Both the position numbers and the translations under genes were made by a program. A stretch of 64,000 nucleotides of DNA from Marsupella aquatica (Eukaryota > Plantae > Marchantiophyta): positions 12,154,238 to 12,218,237 of the forward strand of contig OZ316892.1 of assembly GCA_973895155.1 (NCBI GenBank), given 5' to 3'. Below the pieces are notes generated by a model that saw nothing but the letters and a program-made list of their open reading frames with translations, did no database searches and was not told the DNA's origin. Each line of letters begins with the position of its first letter. Position 1 is the first letter of the stretch. Positions 49,891-62,025 of this stretch are shown here, one piece after another.

Positions 49891-50662
49891 AGGACCACTT
49901 GTCACACCGCATGCACAGACCAGATACCATTGACCTATAGCTTAACACTCTGACTTCAACACAGAGGATATTTACTTAAAATTTTGATGTATGAGCAATT
50001 TTGGGTCCAGGGTTTAGGGTCAACAGTACATAACTTATATCCTATTATGCCTGCACTAAGCAAAATATCCTAATTTAAGAGGCTAGCAAACTCGCATAAA
50101 AGTCTCTATTGAAAGACTGCTTTCATGACTGCTTTAACCTGGTGAACATTGCAACGTTCAATGAATTAATGGGCCATGTGATAACCTGTAAAATGTGATT
50201 TATGCATCACTTATTTGTCTCAGCCACTATCATAGCCTATTTAGGATGTATAAATTTCAACCCTTATGACACTGCTTCATACCAATCCTCTTCGAAGAAT
50301 GCGCGTTTTACATGTCACGACTATTGTATGTGATTCAAATGCATGAAATATTGTTGCAGATCTCCTTTGGTGAATCATAGCCACAATTAAAATTGAGGTG
50401 TTGGTGGAGCAATTGTATTAGGGGATCAGGTTTGTGTGTGGGCTCAACATACCAAAAGTATGTCTGCTCTGCATCCTTGTGTGGCCATTCCAATTCATTG
50501 CAGTAGCAAATGCCTTTGTACCTTAAATGCTAAATATATTTTACTTTCTGTGCAGTCTGCTAAATTGTAGAGTCTATCTAAATGCCTTTGTACCTTAAAT
50601 GCTAAATATATATTACTTTCTGTGCAGTCTGCTAAACTGTAGAGTCTATCTCATGCGCAGGC

Positions 50663-51343
50663 ATGGCATGACCTAAAATTCAAGCCAAAAAGCATGTGAC
50701 AGAGGTGAGAAACACAGGTGTACTTGGGGCAGATGCTACTAACTTCTCTGCAAGTCAGATTTTCTAGAAGGCAGCTCATTGTTGTGCCATTTGTGACGAT
50801 GGTGGGGGCCTGGTCATTTGTGAGGGCCCTTGCATGAGGCATTTCCACCTCAACCCGGAGTCTGACCTTGCTGCAGAAAACAACTGTCCAGGGGTGGGCC
50901 TCCCGTCAACACACCAGGGAGACTGGATGTGCACTGATTGTTTGGAGAAGCAGGCTAAGTGTGCACAGTGTGGGAAGTTGGGGTCCTATGAGGGCTCTGT
51001 TGATGCTGCAGCAAATGTTAGGAAATGTCCAGACCGTTTTTGTGTGAGATTTTTCTGTTTTGAGTGTTTGCCTGCTCATGCCACAGCTTGCCCACTTCAT
51101 AGGTGCAAGGCATGTGGTGAGCATGATCATGAGTACTGGACTGACATAGTCCACTGTGCTAGGTGTCCCACCATGTGGCACTATCATTGCCTGAAAGATC
51201 GTCAAGCAGAGGGTTATGCTTGTGATAGAGAAATCTATGATCACTCTGCACATGGTGTTGATCGATGGATATTTTATTGTCATCGCCATGCCATTGATCC
51301 TACCTCGCGCACTCCTGTGAGAGATCACATATCTTGGCTGTGA
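50663..51343 (+). pseudogene. EDM2-like composite PHD protein, copy 2 (two premature stops)
   Basis: In frame with the 226-aa copy but CGA>TGA at codon 3 and CAG>TAG at codon 35. Confidence 0.85.
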
Positions 51344-52261
51344 AGCTGAACATTGTACATGCACAGTGCACCTGATGTGGATGTACTATTTTTTGAGATT
51401 GCAGAGATTCCAATTTTGAAAAGGAGTTGGGTACACTAGTAGAAACCGGGGGGTATTTAGACCCCATTAAACGACTATTCAGTACCGTATAGGACTTGGA
51501 AACGACTGGGAAGGACTCCAGTCCTTTATAGGACTGCGAGTCGTATGTTTTGTTACTATAATCAACTGAGTCCTTTATAGAACTGGTTTATAAGTCGTTT
51601 AATAGACTGGATTTTCAGTCTATTTTAGTCTTTGTGTGGGTAGCTTTGGTGAGTCGTTTTCAGTCTTTTATGGGCTGCGATGGTGAGTCGTTGGGAACGA
51701 CTAAAAAGGTTATGGAGGGTAGTCTTTAAATATACTTTGTGGGGTATGTATAAGTCTTTCATGTCAACTGGATATGAGTGATGAAGACCCCACTATACTA
51801 CTTGGAATGAACCCACTCTTGTGCACAAATAACATATTGCATTCATGTTTTATTGTGTACTTGGAATGAACTCACTCTATAAGTTCACCATTCATTATGT
51901 TAACATTAGAATACATAGTTTCAGAAAGCCATCTTCTATACCATGTACACTAATATGAATTCACAGATTCAAACTTCATAGACTACAAAGAAGGTCACAA
52001 AGTATTCCTCTATACCATACACACTAATACTGAAATGATACAAAACAGATTCAAGTATCATAGACAATCACCATAGAGCCATAGTTTGACATCAATCACT
52101 TGTTTCATACATACAGAATTCAGAAATATCAATGTCACACACAACGGCTCCTTCATCCTCTTTACCAAATGGAAAAATTGGTACAGATATGTCTTGGATC
52201 TTTCCAAGGCAATGTCAAAATGTGACACAATTCACATGATTCTATCTACACTTGCATTCAG

Positions 52262-53950
52262 TCACTGCAGACTAACACACTCTGATGGCCAAAGCACAAG
52301 AGATCCTACTGCATCTGCAATTATTTCCTGAGGTGGATCATCGTCTCTATTCGGAAATGGCAAATTACAATCAGATACAATCACTGTAGTCAACAACACT
52401 ACTACATGGTCATCCGGGACCACTTTGCCATGGAATTTTGCATGGTCCGGTCGCAAAATGCCTGTACCCACACATACCTGCGAGTCATCCTCCCATGATA
52501 GAAGATTATGGACTGGCTCTGCTGTGGCTATCACCTCCACCTTACCCTGGCTGTTTTTCTTGGCTTTCCTGGGTGGCTTATACATGACATTATTCATACC
52601 TTGGTTGCGAGTCATGACTTTGGCACGAGTGTTTTGTGCTGGTGATCGAGAATTGGCTACACTCTTCTTCAAAGAATCTGCATCCATATTTGACACTTCT
52701 GATTGTGTAGCAGGATTTCCCTGCGACATCATCTCAGTATCTGCCAACATTGTACTTGCTTCAATTGAAGCATCTACAATCTTACTTGCATCCAATGTTG
52801 CTCCCAAGTTTTGACGTCGCTTCACCTTGCTCCCACTTGGTTGAGAGTCTGTCAACTCTGCATCAACTACAATTCAGTGTCATGTCCAACATAAGTCAAT
52901 CACTCATCACATGTGCTAAATGTACATGTCACCAACCACAAAGTTGTCACTATCTCCTTACCATTATGAACAGCCTTCTTCCCCTTCTTTGCCATTGCCA
53001 TATGCTCCATGTCTGCTTCTGTTGATCAATAAACACACCACAATATTCAAGTTGAATCTATTAACCACTGAATTGTTTCTCAACATTCATATAGAGGAAT
53101 TTAAAGCATCAGCTTACCTGATACCTCCTTGGCTATGGTCACTGAGGCACTGGGCACATCTTCTTCATTATTGCTCTTTGAATCACCTGATACATCAATC
53201 ATGATGTCACTTCAGATCCCAGTTCATCCAACCAGTTCTTACAGAAAAGATTACCTCCAACCGGCTTAAGCTTCACAAAACTCCATGCACTTTTCAAATG
53301 TAATGTACTGGATCATAGCAGGTTACCTGTCTCAGCAACCTTCTTGCCCTTTTGCTTACTGATTACAGGGTCCTTCTCTGCCTCCACTCTTCCTGCATTC
53401 AAACCATTCACTCAATTCATGAAAACTTACTTCTAACATTTGAACATAGGACACAATGAACAATGGGCCGGTGTCATTTCCATACCTGTGTCAGATTTGC
53501 CAATTCCCTTTTTTGTTAACAAGGGCACACTTTGTACAATGTTGCCCTCATTGTTTGGTTGGGAACCACCCAATTTTTCAATCACAAGCTTGAAATTAGA
53601 TTCCACTGATGCAAGAAGGTTTGCTACAGATGCCTCCACAATATCCAAACGATCAGCCAATTTACTTTCCACTCGAGGGAGTCCACACTCTAATGACTTC
53701 AACCGTTCACACATCTCTGTGAGAGTTGTAACAGTTCACTGTCATAACACAACTTACATATCTCAGATAACTGTCCCCAAGAACTGGTTGCTTACTTCCT
53801 ACTACATTTCTTTCTGATGCTCAAGGCCAAATAGTCACAGAACATACAGAATTACAACATAATCACCTGTTTGGAAGTTACACTTGTCACCTCACTCCTT
53901 TGTTTCATGAACTCCTCTCTCACTTCTTGTGCTGATGGTTCTTCACCTAT
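52262..53950 (-). CDS. CACTA ORF2/TnpA-like multi-exon gene
   Basis: Coiled-coil exon 53433-53714 and terminal exon with En/Spm TnpA C-terminal-type motif VGTGIL..FHGKVVPDDHVVVLL..LPFP..IADAVGSLVLWP. Confidence 0.7.
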
Positions 53951-54041
53951 CCTAAACATCATTCCAGGCAGCAATTCCCGTTCTGTGACTCTGTGTAGGT
54001 AGTCATCCTCAACCTCATACTTGCCAACCGCCAGCTGTTGC

Positions 54042-57000
54042 CTATTGCAAATCATCAACCTCATCATATTCCATTTGCCCAGGTTCATCATATGTCTCTC
54101 TCAATGTTAAGGGGATGTAGTCAGTCCCTGCCCGAGTTGGAAGTACAGTCTCATGACTAGGATGCTCGAATGCAGCATGGTCATCCAAACTGAACTCTAC
54201 TTTACTTCCATCCATCCGCCTGTTCCGTGCTTGGCTATGGCATACCACCCTCCAGCCATGTGACTCCTCCACATCTGCAAAGAAAGCCTGTTCAACTTGG
54301 CTAGGGAAAACAAAAGGCTCAGACCATTCTGGTACTCTGGACCTAAAATTGGCCAACAAGAACCCATCATGATCACGCTTCATGGTGGCCCTTGGTCTCT
54401 GCCACTCTGATTTCACCCATGATCCCTTCATCAATATCACTGGGACACTTGTGTTACCATAATTCAACACCCAAATGTTGGTCAACTCCCCCACGTAACC
54501 CATCTTCATCCACCCCCTCTGTTCTTCAGAGGTTCTCTGCTCAAACACAGAAATCAAACCACAATCATATGATACACAATGGTCACCCTGCTCATCCCTC
54601 ACTCGATAATGATTTCCATAAGCTCTCATCCGTTTGTAGGTCAGAATAGACAATCGTGGTGGCACAGATAGAAGATACAAATCCTTCTCCATATCTGGGT
54701 GATGTCTACTATGCTCTCGAATTGTCACCCGAATCCACTGCTCGAACTGTGGGAAGGGATCCTGCTGCCTAGAGTGTGCAGCTTTTTGCATATCATATTC
54801 CCTGCAATATGAGGTACAGGCATAGTTAGGTCTAAACAACACATGACAACCTAAGATCACCCTTGGAACAGACAAGAAGCATCACAACAAAGGCAAGTCA
54901 ATTCAATCACTCACCTCCACCATGGTTGGATAGGCTCTGTGTTTGCCAGCACATATGAATGAGCCTTGTCTCGAATCGCAACAGGCAGCTGAACAGCACG
55001 TCCCACACCTTCAACAACCTCGCCACTCACTCCATCATCTTCACCAGATTTCCAAACTCTTGTCATAGCTTCACCAGACCCAGCCATGTACTCTGTTAGG
55101 AATCCCAACGTCTCATCCTTAATGTACCCCAATGCCATGGAAGCCTCTGGCCTGTAGTATGTTCTCACATGACCTTTCAACAACTTCATGTATCGCTCCA
55201 TAGGGTACATCCATCTGGTACTGACTGGCCCATACTGCCCTAGCTCTTCTACCACATGGATTAGGAGATGAGTCATAACATCAAAGAAAGCAGGGGGGAA
55301 GTATATCTCCAAGTCACAGAGGACATAAGCAGCATCCTGCTTCAACTGCTCCAATCCTTGGGGATCCCACACTTTCACACATATATGGCGAAATACATTG
55401 CACAGTCGAAGAATGACATTACGGACTGGTTTCTGCATGAGACCTCTGAGGCATAGGGGCAGAATGTGCTGCATCAACACATGGTAGTCATGTGTTTTCA
55501 TACTGCCAAGTTTATTCTTTGTAATATGCTTCTTGAAGGCACCAGCATAGCCAGAGGGCACTTTCAGACAGCTCAATCTATACAAGAATGTCTTCCATTC
55601 ATCCTGTGTGCACACATAGGGAGCTTGGAACTTGAGAAGTACATTGGGATTGCTTGCATGGGGCTTCAACCAAAGGTGAGGGCGAATCCCCTTCTGTTGC
55701 ATATCAGCTCGAACTGCTCCTGTATCTTTCTCACCCGACAAGAACTTCAGCAAGCTCTCACAAATATTTTTCTCAATGTGCATGACGTCCACATTGTGTT
55801 TGCTGGGCTCGAATTCCTGCACTCCACAAAGCAAAGAATTCAACAACAGAAACACTAATTAACCACATAGGAGGATTGTAACCAACATCAATCCACCATT
55901 GCTCCAATCTAAAATTGCAATCATACAGGGGCTGGAGGCTAAGTACATTACCCTCCAGTACTCCAACTCCAAGTCCATCAAGGTCTGTCTTTTCACACCG
56001 TGTTTCACCACTGGATCCTCAGGTTCTCGATCAGTGGCACTTCTCTTGTCCCAATCAGCCTTCCTGGCTGCCCACCTCAGGACTTGCTCTCTGGTGATCC
56101 TCTGTGGTGGGCCACGAAGCTCTGTTTTGTTGTTGAAGTGTGCAATTTGAGACCGTGTGTGCCTGTAAGGATGATCAACAGGCAGATACCTTCTATGCCC
56201 CTGAAATTTCATACTGTGCAGGGCATGCGACCACTCACTTGTCACATTTTTCCCACATGGTGTGCACCCCACATAGCCCTTTGTCACTCGTCCAGATATG
56301 ATGCCATGGCCTGGGTAATCTGCTATATCCAGCAAACAAATTGCATGCAGTCTAAAGGGGCTGGGTCGAAGAAGCCCCTTCAGAACATCATGGGTTAACA
56401 CCCCTTCTATCCACAAAGTCTTCCACTCTTCCACTGCTGGAGCCAACATGATATCTATGAATTGCTCGGTCACAGAAGCTGGTCTAGGGATTAACAGCAC
56501 CATCATGACAAAAAACCTCTTTGTAGTCATCCATGGGGGAAGGTTGTAATTTAGCAGCGTAACCGGCCAACATGAATAACGGTTGTTTTTGTCTCCAAAT
56601 GGGTTTACTCCATCCAGTGATAGACCAAATCGAAAGTTCCGCTTCTCTGCAGCAAACTGTGGCCACCTCTCATCAACAAATTTCCAATGGTTGGAATCTC
56701 CAATGTGACGCTGCAGGCCATCACTACTCTTGTTATCAGGAGTCCATGTCATCAGCTTGGAAATGGCAGGGCATCTAAACAGACGTTGTAGTCTAGGAAT
56801 GAGAGGAAAATGACGAAGAACCTTGGCAGGGTGTGTACATTTCCCTACATTCTTGTACCTGTGCTTACCACAATGAGGGCATGTCAATTTATCTGCATGC
56901 TCTTTGCGAAAGAGAACACACCCATCAGGGCATGCGTCAATAGACACATAGTTCAGCCCAAGGTTAGACATCAATTTCCTAGCCTCGTACATATTTTTTG

Positions 57001-57742
57001 GAATTGAATTACCATCTGGTAACATATTTCGGCGCAGGAAGGTCAACAACTCTGTCACAAATATATTGGGAACATTGTGATTGCCACAGATGTTCAACAA
57101 CAACACGACAAAACCCAGCTTGGAGCAGTTCGACCCCTCGTAGATAGGAATGCAAGCTTCTTTGATGTGTTTTGGGCCCCCAAACACCCACTCCCTCTCT
57201 GCTGCACCTTCCCCAATGTCAAAGTCAGGTTCAGCTTGGCTGTCGCCAATGTGTGGCTGCGGTTCATTGTCCTCTTCTGATTCCACTGTGTCGTAAAAAG
57301 CATCAAGGTCTTCAAAAATCTCTTGAACCATTCTTGGGACATCCATCCCACCGTCCTCAGTGACTGCCTCTACATCTCCATCTTGGTCATCCACGTTCTC
57401 ATGTTGGACCCCAGGACCATCCTCTGCACAGTCTATGTCCTGCTCTACGTAGTCTCTACGCCTAGCTGTATTAGAATCCACAAAGTCAGCTCTCCACTCT
57501 TCATCAGAGGAGTCTTCTTCTGCTGGTACATTCCAAACCCTCCACCGAGGGTGCCTTTCATGCCGCAGCAGGTGAAGGTGCACAGTGTTCAAACTCAACG
57601 ACTTGAATCCTTGGCACTGTGTGCATGGGCATCTCATCCTCCTACTCCTACCTTGGGCGGCCCGGGCTTGTTCACGCATCCACAATTTAGAATCATGATG
57701 CCTAATCCTAAATGGGTTGTGAAGAGGCAACCTTGGAGCCAT
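54042..57742 (-). CDS. CACTA transposase TnpD (3 exons: 57742-55952, 55816-54915, 54801-54042)
   Basis: CPCTQC transposase-associated domain, IDACPDGCVLF, LSLDGVNPF, ADYPG, DVMHIEKN, FPPAFFDVMTHLLIH, RWMYPMERYM, EPFVFPSQVEQAFF; canonical GT-AG introns keep the frame; no internal stop seen. Confidence 0.93.
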
Positions 57743-58068
57743 CACTATACACACGCACTCAGCACCCTGTCATTTTATTATGCAAGTGAAAAATACACTT
57801 CCTGTTAAGGATTTCACCCCCGACTGTACTTGCCAAAATACGTAACGTTCCAAAAAAACAAAAAAACAAAAAATATAGGTGCCTGAGTCATGTACCTATT
57901 CTCAAGTGAATGAGACAAAATTCCTAAATGTTTGAGGGTGTCAACTCCTCCGCTGTCCTCACATGTACTGCCTCTGCACGTACATCCATGACCATATCAG
58001 AGTCCAATCATGTATAGTCATAGACACAGGTGCCAGGTGCGAGACCGGTGTGAGATGTCCTCATCTTA

Positions 58069-58638
58069 CTACCACATCAAATACGGATACCAATCCTGTT
58101 GTCGATGCCACTCAGCCCTGAGGTACTCAGGCATGTACATTAAGTCATCAAGGTCTAAACCCTGCTCATGCCATGGTGGTCTTCGATCCGTGCCTACAAG
58201 CAGTGGCAGCAGTGCCCTCCATGGTGCACATGTTGCTACCAAGTCCCTCCACTGGGTACTAATTAGTCTATATTTGCAGATATCTTGTGCGCCAGACACC
58301 ACAAGAACCCTCGGCCAGACATGTGTAAGAACTATATCATCTGCCAAATCAGGCAACAAGGAACCACCTACAGCATCGTGCTTGTCTAACTCATCTGCTA
58401 AAAAGTAAATGTCCTCTTCCGACTGTGCATCCTCATTCACCACAGCATTCACAACACATCCAAGGTCTGCAGGCATTATCTCGGATGGAGCTACACTCTG
58501 TCTGGTTGCCAATCCACACAAGTAAGCCCAAGCAATAGCCATGCACGATGCAACCCGTAGGAGGACCCTACATAGGGCCTGACGGTCTGGAAGAGGCAGC
58601 ATACCCACCAAAGTCTTCAGCCAAACAGAGCCCAGCAA
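58069..58638 (-). CDS. F-box-like protein
   Basis: SLLPDLADDIVLTHVWPRV...KYRLISTQWRDLV fits the plant F-box pattern LLPGLPDD....C..R....R.VS..WR.LV; start uncertain. Confidence 0.6.
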   Translation of the reverse strand: MLGSVWLKTLVGMLPLPDRQALCRVLLRVASCMAIAWAYLCGLATRQSVAPSEIMPADLGCVVNAVVNEDAQSEEDIYFLADELDKHDAVGGSLLPDLADDIVLTHVWPRVLVVSGAQDICKYRLISTQWRDLVATCAPWRALLPLLVGTDRRPPWHEQGLDLDDLMYMPEYLRAEWHRQQDWYPYLMW

Positions 58639-58778
58639 GTAGATTCACAGTCACACCCCACGCAGCAGGAAACAACAATCACTTCAACTGCGACCAACCA
58701 TGACAAGATGAGTTAGTTCAAGGATCACATTTATTACAAAATTGTGATTTATACAAAAATATGAGGGACTCCTACTCC

Positions 58779-59642
58779 TCACTCTCTCCCACCTTTGCTA
58801 AGCATACATCTCCGCTGAATCTTGGAGGGCCAGGCCTCAAAAATATCAAAGTCCCAAGCATTCTGTCGCTTCCCTCTAGCTGCTGATTCCAGAAGCCAAT
58901 CAGGGGAAAGCACCCAAAGATTGTTGTTCATGACAAAATCACGCACTGTTGTCTTAAAGAATTTTCTGCATATTTTCATGTATGACAGACCTACAACATG
59001 AGTGGAGGTTTCTGTTAGACTCTCCTCCACTGTCCCACCTAGCTCAACAACTATAGACTTGTACAATCTGCACTTAGTCTCCCCAATTCCTTCTTCTGCA
59101 AATACCACACTGAACCCCTTCATAATGGTATTTCTCTCCTTGCCATGCTCATTCAATATAGCATCTGCACGCATAGGATGGTGTCCTATGTTGACAACAG
59201 GTCCATATTGGACAGAAGCAAAGTTGGGTTTCTCTGCCACTGCTTCATAGGCTTCCTTTTCAGCCAAAGCCTCTGCAGTGGCCTCCTCACTCTCCCACAA
59301 CTCATATTGCTCAGTACTCTGTACACACCTATGTTTAACAGAATCGGTCAGCCAAGAGACTTCAACTACTTTTAGACCTTGGTTGGTAATGGCAGAATCA
59401 ATGAAGGACCATGACCACTTGTTCATCACATCCAGCCATGTCCCCGCAACAACATGTGTAGTCTGTGGAGTGATGTCCTTGACTTCAGTCCCATGGAACT
59501 CTGAGAATCGTTTTTGTACGATTGGCCAACTCACTTGGGTGAACCCATAGTGGCCAGGAATCAAAATGGCTTTGATTCCAGCCAACAGAGGCGGGTGGTC
59601 AACCTTTGTACGTTTCCTAGAGGCCATGTACACACGGGCCAC
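58779..59642 (-). CDS. Tandem BRCT-domain protein (287 aa)
   Basis: Two repeats, each with G.V....T...THVV and V...WL..S, resembling the BRCT of plant DNA polymerase lambda. Confidence 0.8.
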   Translation of the reverse strand: MARVYMASRKRTKVDHPPLLAGIKAILIPGHYGFTQVSWPIVQKRFSEFHGTEVKDITPQTTHVVAGTWLDVMNKWSWSFIDSAITNQGLKVVEVSWLTDSVKHRCVQSTEQYELWESEEATAEALAEKEAYEAVAEKPNFASVQYGPVVNIGHHPMRADAILNEHGKERNTIMKGFSVVFAEEGIGETKCRLYKSIVVELGGTVEESLTETSTHVVGLSYMKICRKFFKTTVRDFVMNNNLWVLSPDWLLESAARGKRQNAWDFDIFEAWPSKIQRRCMLSKGGRE

Positions 59643-60225
59643 CTAATCACTGCAGACCGGAAGATAATGCGTTCACCTGATAATCGGAGGGCCCTTAAAA
59701 TGCTGCGTTTATAACTTGGTCCAGTCCAGTCGTCTGGTGAGTCTCTGCTCCGATTCCAAATGGGAGAAATATTGGGACAAACGTACTAGACACCTGCAAG
59801 CATGCACCTCATAGTTTGAATATGTGCCTTCACAATATTGAAGGTGACAAGTGCAATTGTTTTGTGATGCCACATACAGATGTTGTAAATGGGCAGACAT
59901 TCAATGACAATACAAAATGTTGGTACACTTTAAGGGAATTTTCGCAAATTAAATAGCCTTGTAACTTATATGCTCATAATGAGAAGTCCTGATTTAATTT
60001 AAGCAGTGTCATGTAAGTCGTGATCAAAATGATTGCAGAGTAAAAAAGGTTCCTAGAAGGCTTAAGGGGAGTTTTTGAAGGCATGTACCCAGGAACAAGT
60101 AATGAACTTAGGGTACTTGTTGCCTAAGCATCCTCTCCTACAGAGGTCCTTCTTCTCAAAATTGGAATGTCTGCAATCTCCAAGGTATCCACATCAGGTG
60201 CACTATGCATGTACATTATTCAGGT

Positions 60226-60906
60226 TCAAAGCCAAGAAATGTGATCTCTCATGGGAGTGTGCAAAGTAGGATCTATGGCATGGCGATGACAATAGAAGAT
60301 CCATCGATCAACACCATGTGCAGAGTGATCATAGATGTGTCTGTCACAAGCATAGCCTTCTGCTTGACGCTCCTTCAAACAATGAAAGTGCCACATGGTG
60401 GGACACCTAACACAGTGGACTATGTCCACCCAGAAATCTTCATCGTGCTGACCACATGCCTTGCACTTATGAAGTGGGCAAGCTGTGGCAAGATCGGGCA
60501 AACATGAAAAACAAAAGAACCTCACACAATATCTGTCAGGGCATTTCCTAACAAGTGGTGGAGCATCAACAGAGCCCTCATAAGACCCCAACTTCCCACA
60601 CTGTGCACACTTAGCCTGCTTCTCCAAACAATCAGTGCACATCCAGCCTCCCTGGTGTGCTGACGGGAGGCCCACCCCTGGACAGTTGTTTTCTGCAGCA
60701 AGGTCAGACTCCGGGTTGAGGTGGAAATGCCTCATGCAAGGGCCCTCACATATGGCTAAGCCACCACCATCGTCACAAATGGCACAACAATGAGCTGCCT
60801 TCTGGAAAATCTGACTTGCGGAGAAGTTACTACCATCTGGCCCAACTACACCTGTGTTGCTCACCTCTATCCCCCGCTTCTTGGCTCGGATTTTAGGGCG
60901 TGCCAT
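60226..60906 (-). CDS. Stand-alone EDM2-type composite PHD finger protein (226 aa)
   Basis: CAICDDGG....CEGPCMRHFH, C..C....C..C..LGS, CPLHKCKAC, CVRCP..WH..CL, FYCHRHAIDP...TPMRDH: the ordered motifs of the EDM2 PHD module; basic N-terminus. Confidence 0.85.
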   Translation of the reverse strand: MARPKIRAKKRGIEVSNTGVVGPDGSNFSASQIFQKAAHCCAICDDGGGLAICEGPCMRHFHLNPESDLAAENNCPGVGLPSAHQGGWMCTDCLEKQAKCAQCGKLGSYEGSVDAPPLVRKCPDRYCVRFFCFSCLPDLATACPLHKCKACGQHDEDFWVDIVHCVRCPTMWHFHCLKERQAEGYACDRHIYDHSAHGVDRWIFYCHRHAIDPTLHTPMRDHISWL

Positions 60907-61575
60907 GCCTACGCATGAGACAGATAGTACAATTTAGCAGAGTGCACAGACAATACAATTTAGTGCAGTGTACAAAAAGTACAGTGTAGCATATGGACTA
61001 GAGTGGCAATTGCTACTGCAATGAAATGTTCACACACATGTGCAGAGTAGACATACTTTTTGGTTTGTTGAGCCCACACTAAAAACTGATCCCCTCGTAC
61101 AATAGCTCCACCTACACCTCAATTTTGTGGCTATGATTCACCAAAGGAGATCTGCAACAAGATTTAATGCATTTGAATCACATATAACAGTCGTGACATG
61201 TAAAACAGGCATTTTTTGAACAGGATTGGTATCAAGCAGTGTGATCAGGGTTGTAATTTATACATCCTAAATAGGCTATGATAGTGAATGAGACAAATAA
61301 GTTAGGCATAAATCACTTTTTCCAGGTTATCACATGGCCCATTAATTCCAGTCTTTGAAAGGAGACTTTTAAGTGAGCTTGCTAGCCTCTTAAATTAGGA
61401 TATTGTACTTAGTGCAGCCATAATAGGATAAGTTATGTACTGTTGACCGTAAACCCTGGACCCAAAATTGCTCATAATTCAAAATCTTAAGTAAATATCC
61501 TCTCTGTTCAAGTCAAAGTGTTAAGTTATAGGTCAATGGTCTCTGGTCTGTGCATGCGGTGTGACAAGTGGTCTT

Positions 61576-62025
61576 CTACAGCGTGTGATCCAAACATGTG
61601 TAGACACCAAAGTGACCGGTGGTGGGGTCTGGGAGGGCAGGACAAGTGACATCGCCAGGCACACTGCAGGATGGCGAGTGGTTCCAGATGATACATTGTG
61701 CTCTGTGAAAAAACCGACATCCAAGAGAACGGTCATCCAACTCTAGGCCAGAAGCCCTACAGGCAGGACAGTCATACTGGCAACTGTGCACACACCCTTG
61801 GGCCCTAATTTGTGGCGGGTCATGTACGAGAGACAAAAATACCAAGGATGTTGGGAAGGGTGGAGAAGCAGGTACAGGGCGGCTGTAGTTATTCCTGGCA
61901 ACAATTGGGTACTCAAAGTACCATGCAGACTGGGCTGGAAGGATCCCAAGTCTGACATACTCAAGGCGCAACATCTCTGCCTTGCGTGCAAGCCGCACAT
62001 GTTCAGCATTGCGGGTCCTCACCAT
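61576..62025 (-). CDS. Cys/His-rich hypothetical protein, copy 1 (149 aa from the conserved ATG)
   Basis: Open and conserved in both diverged copies. Confidence 0.65.
   Translation of the reverse strand: MVRTRNAEHVRLARKAEMLRLEYVRLGILPAQSAWYFEYPIVARNNYSRPVPASPPFPTSLVFLSLVHDPPQIRAQGCVHSCQYDCPACRASGLELDDRSLGCRFFHRAQCIIWNHSPSCSVPGDVTCPALPDPTTGHFGVYTCLDHTL

Larger units (their letters stand above)
49079..51426 (+). repeat. Inverted diverged copy of ~60150-62325 (cargo region of a related CACTA)
   Basis: Colinear similarity through both ORFs and the intergenic DNA; stops just before the CACTA TIR at 51434. Confidence 0.92.
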
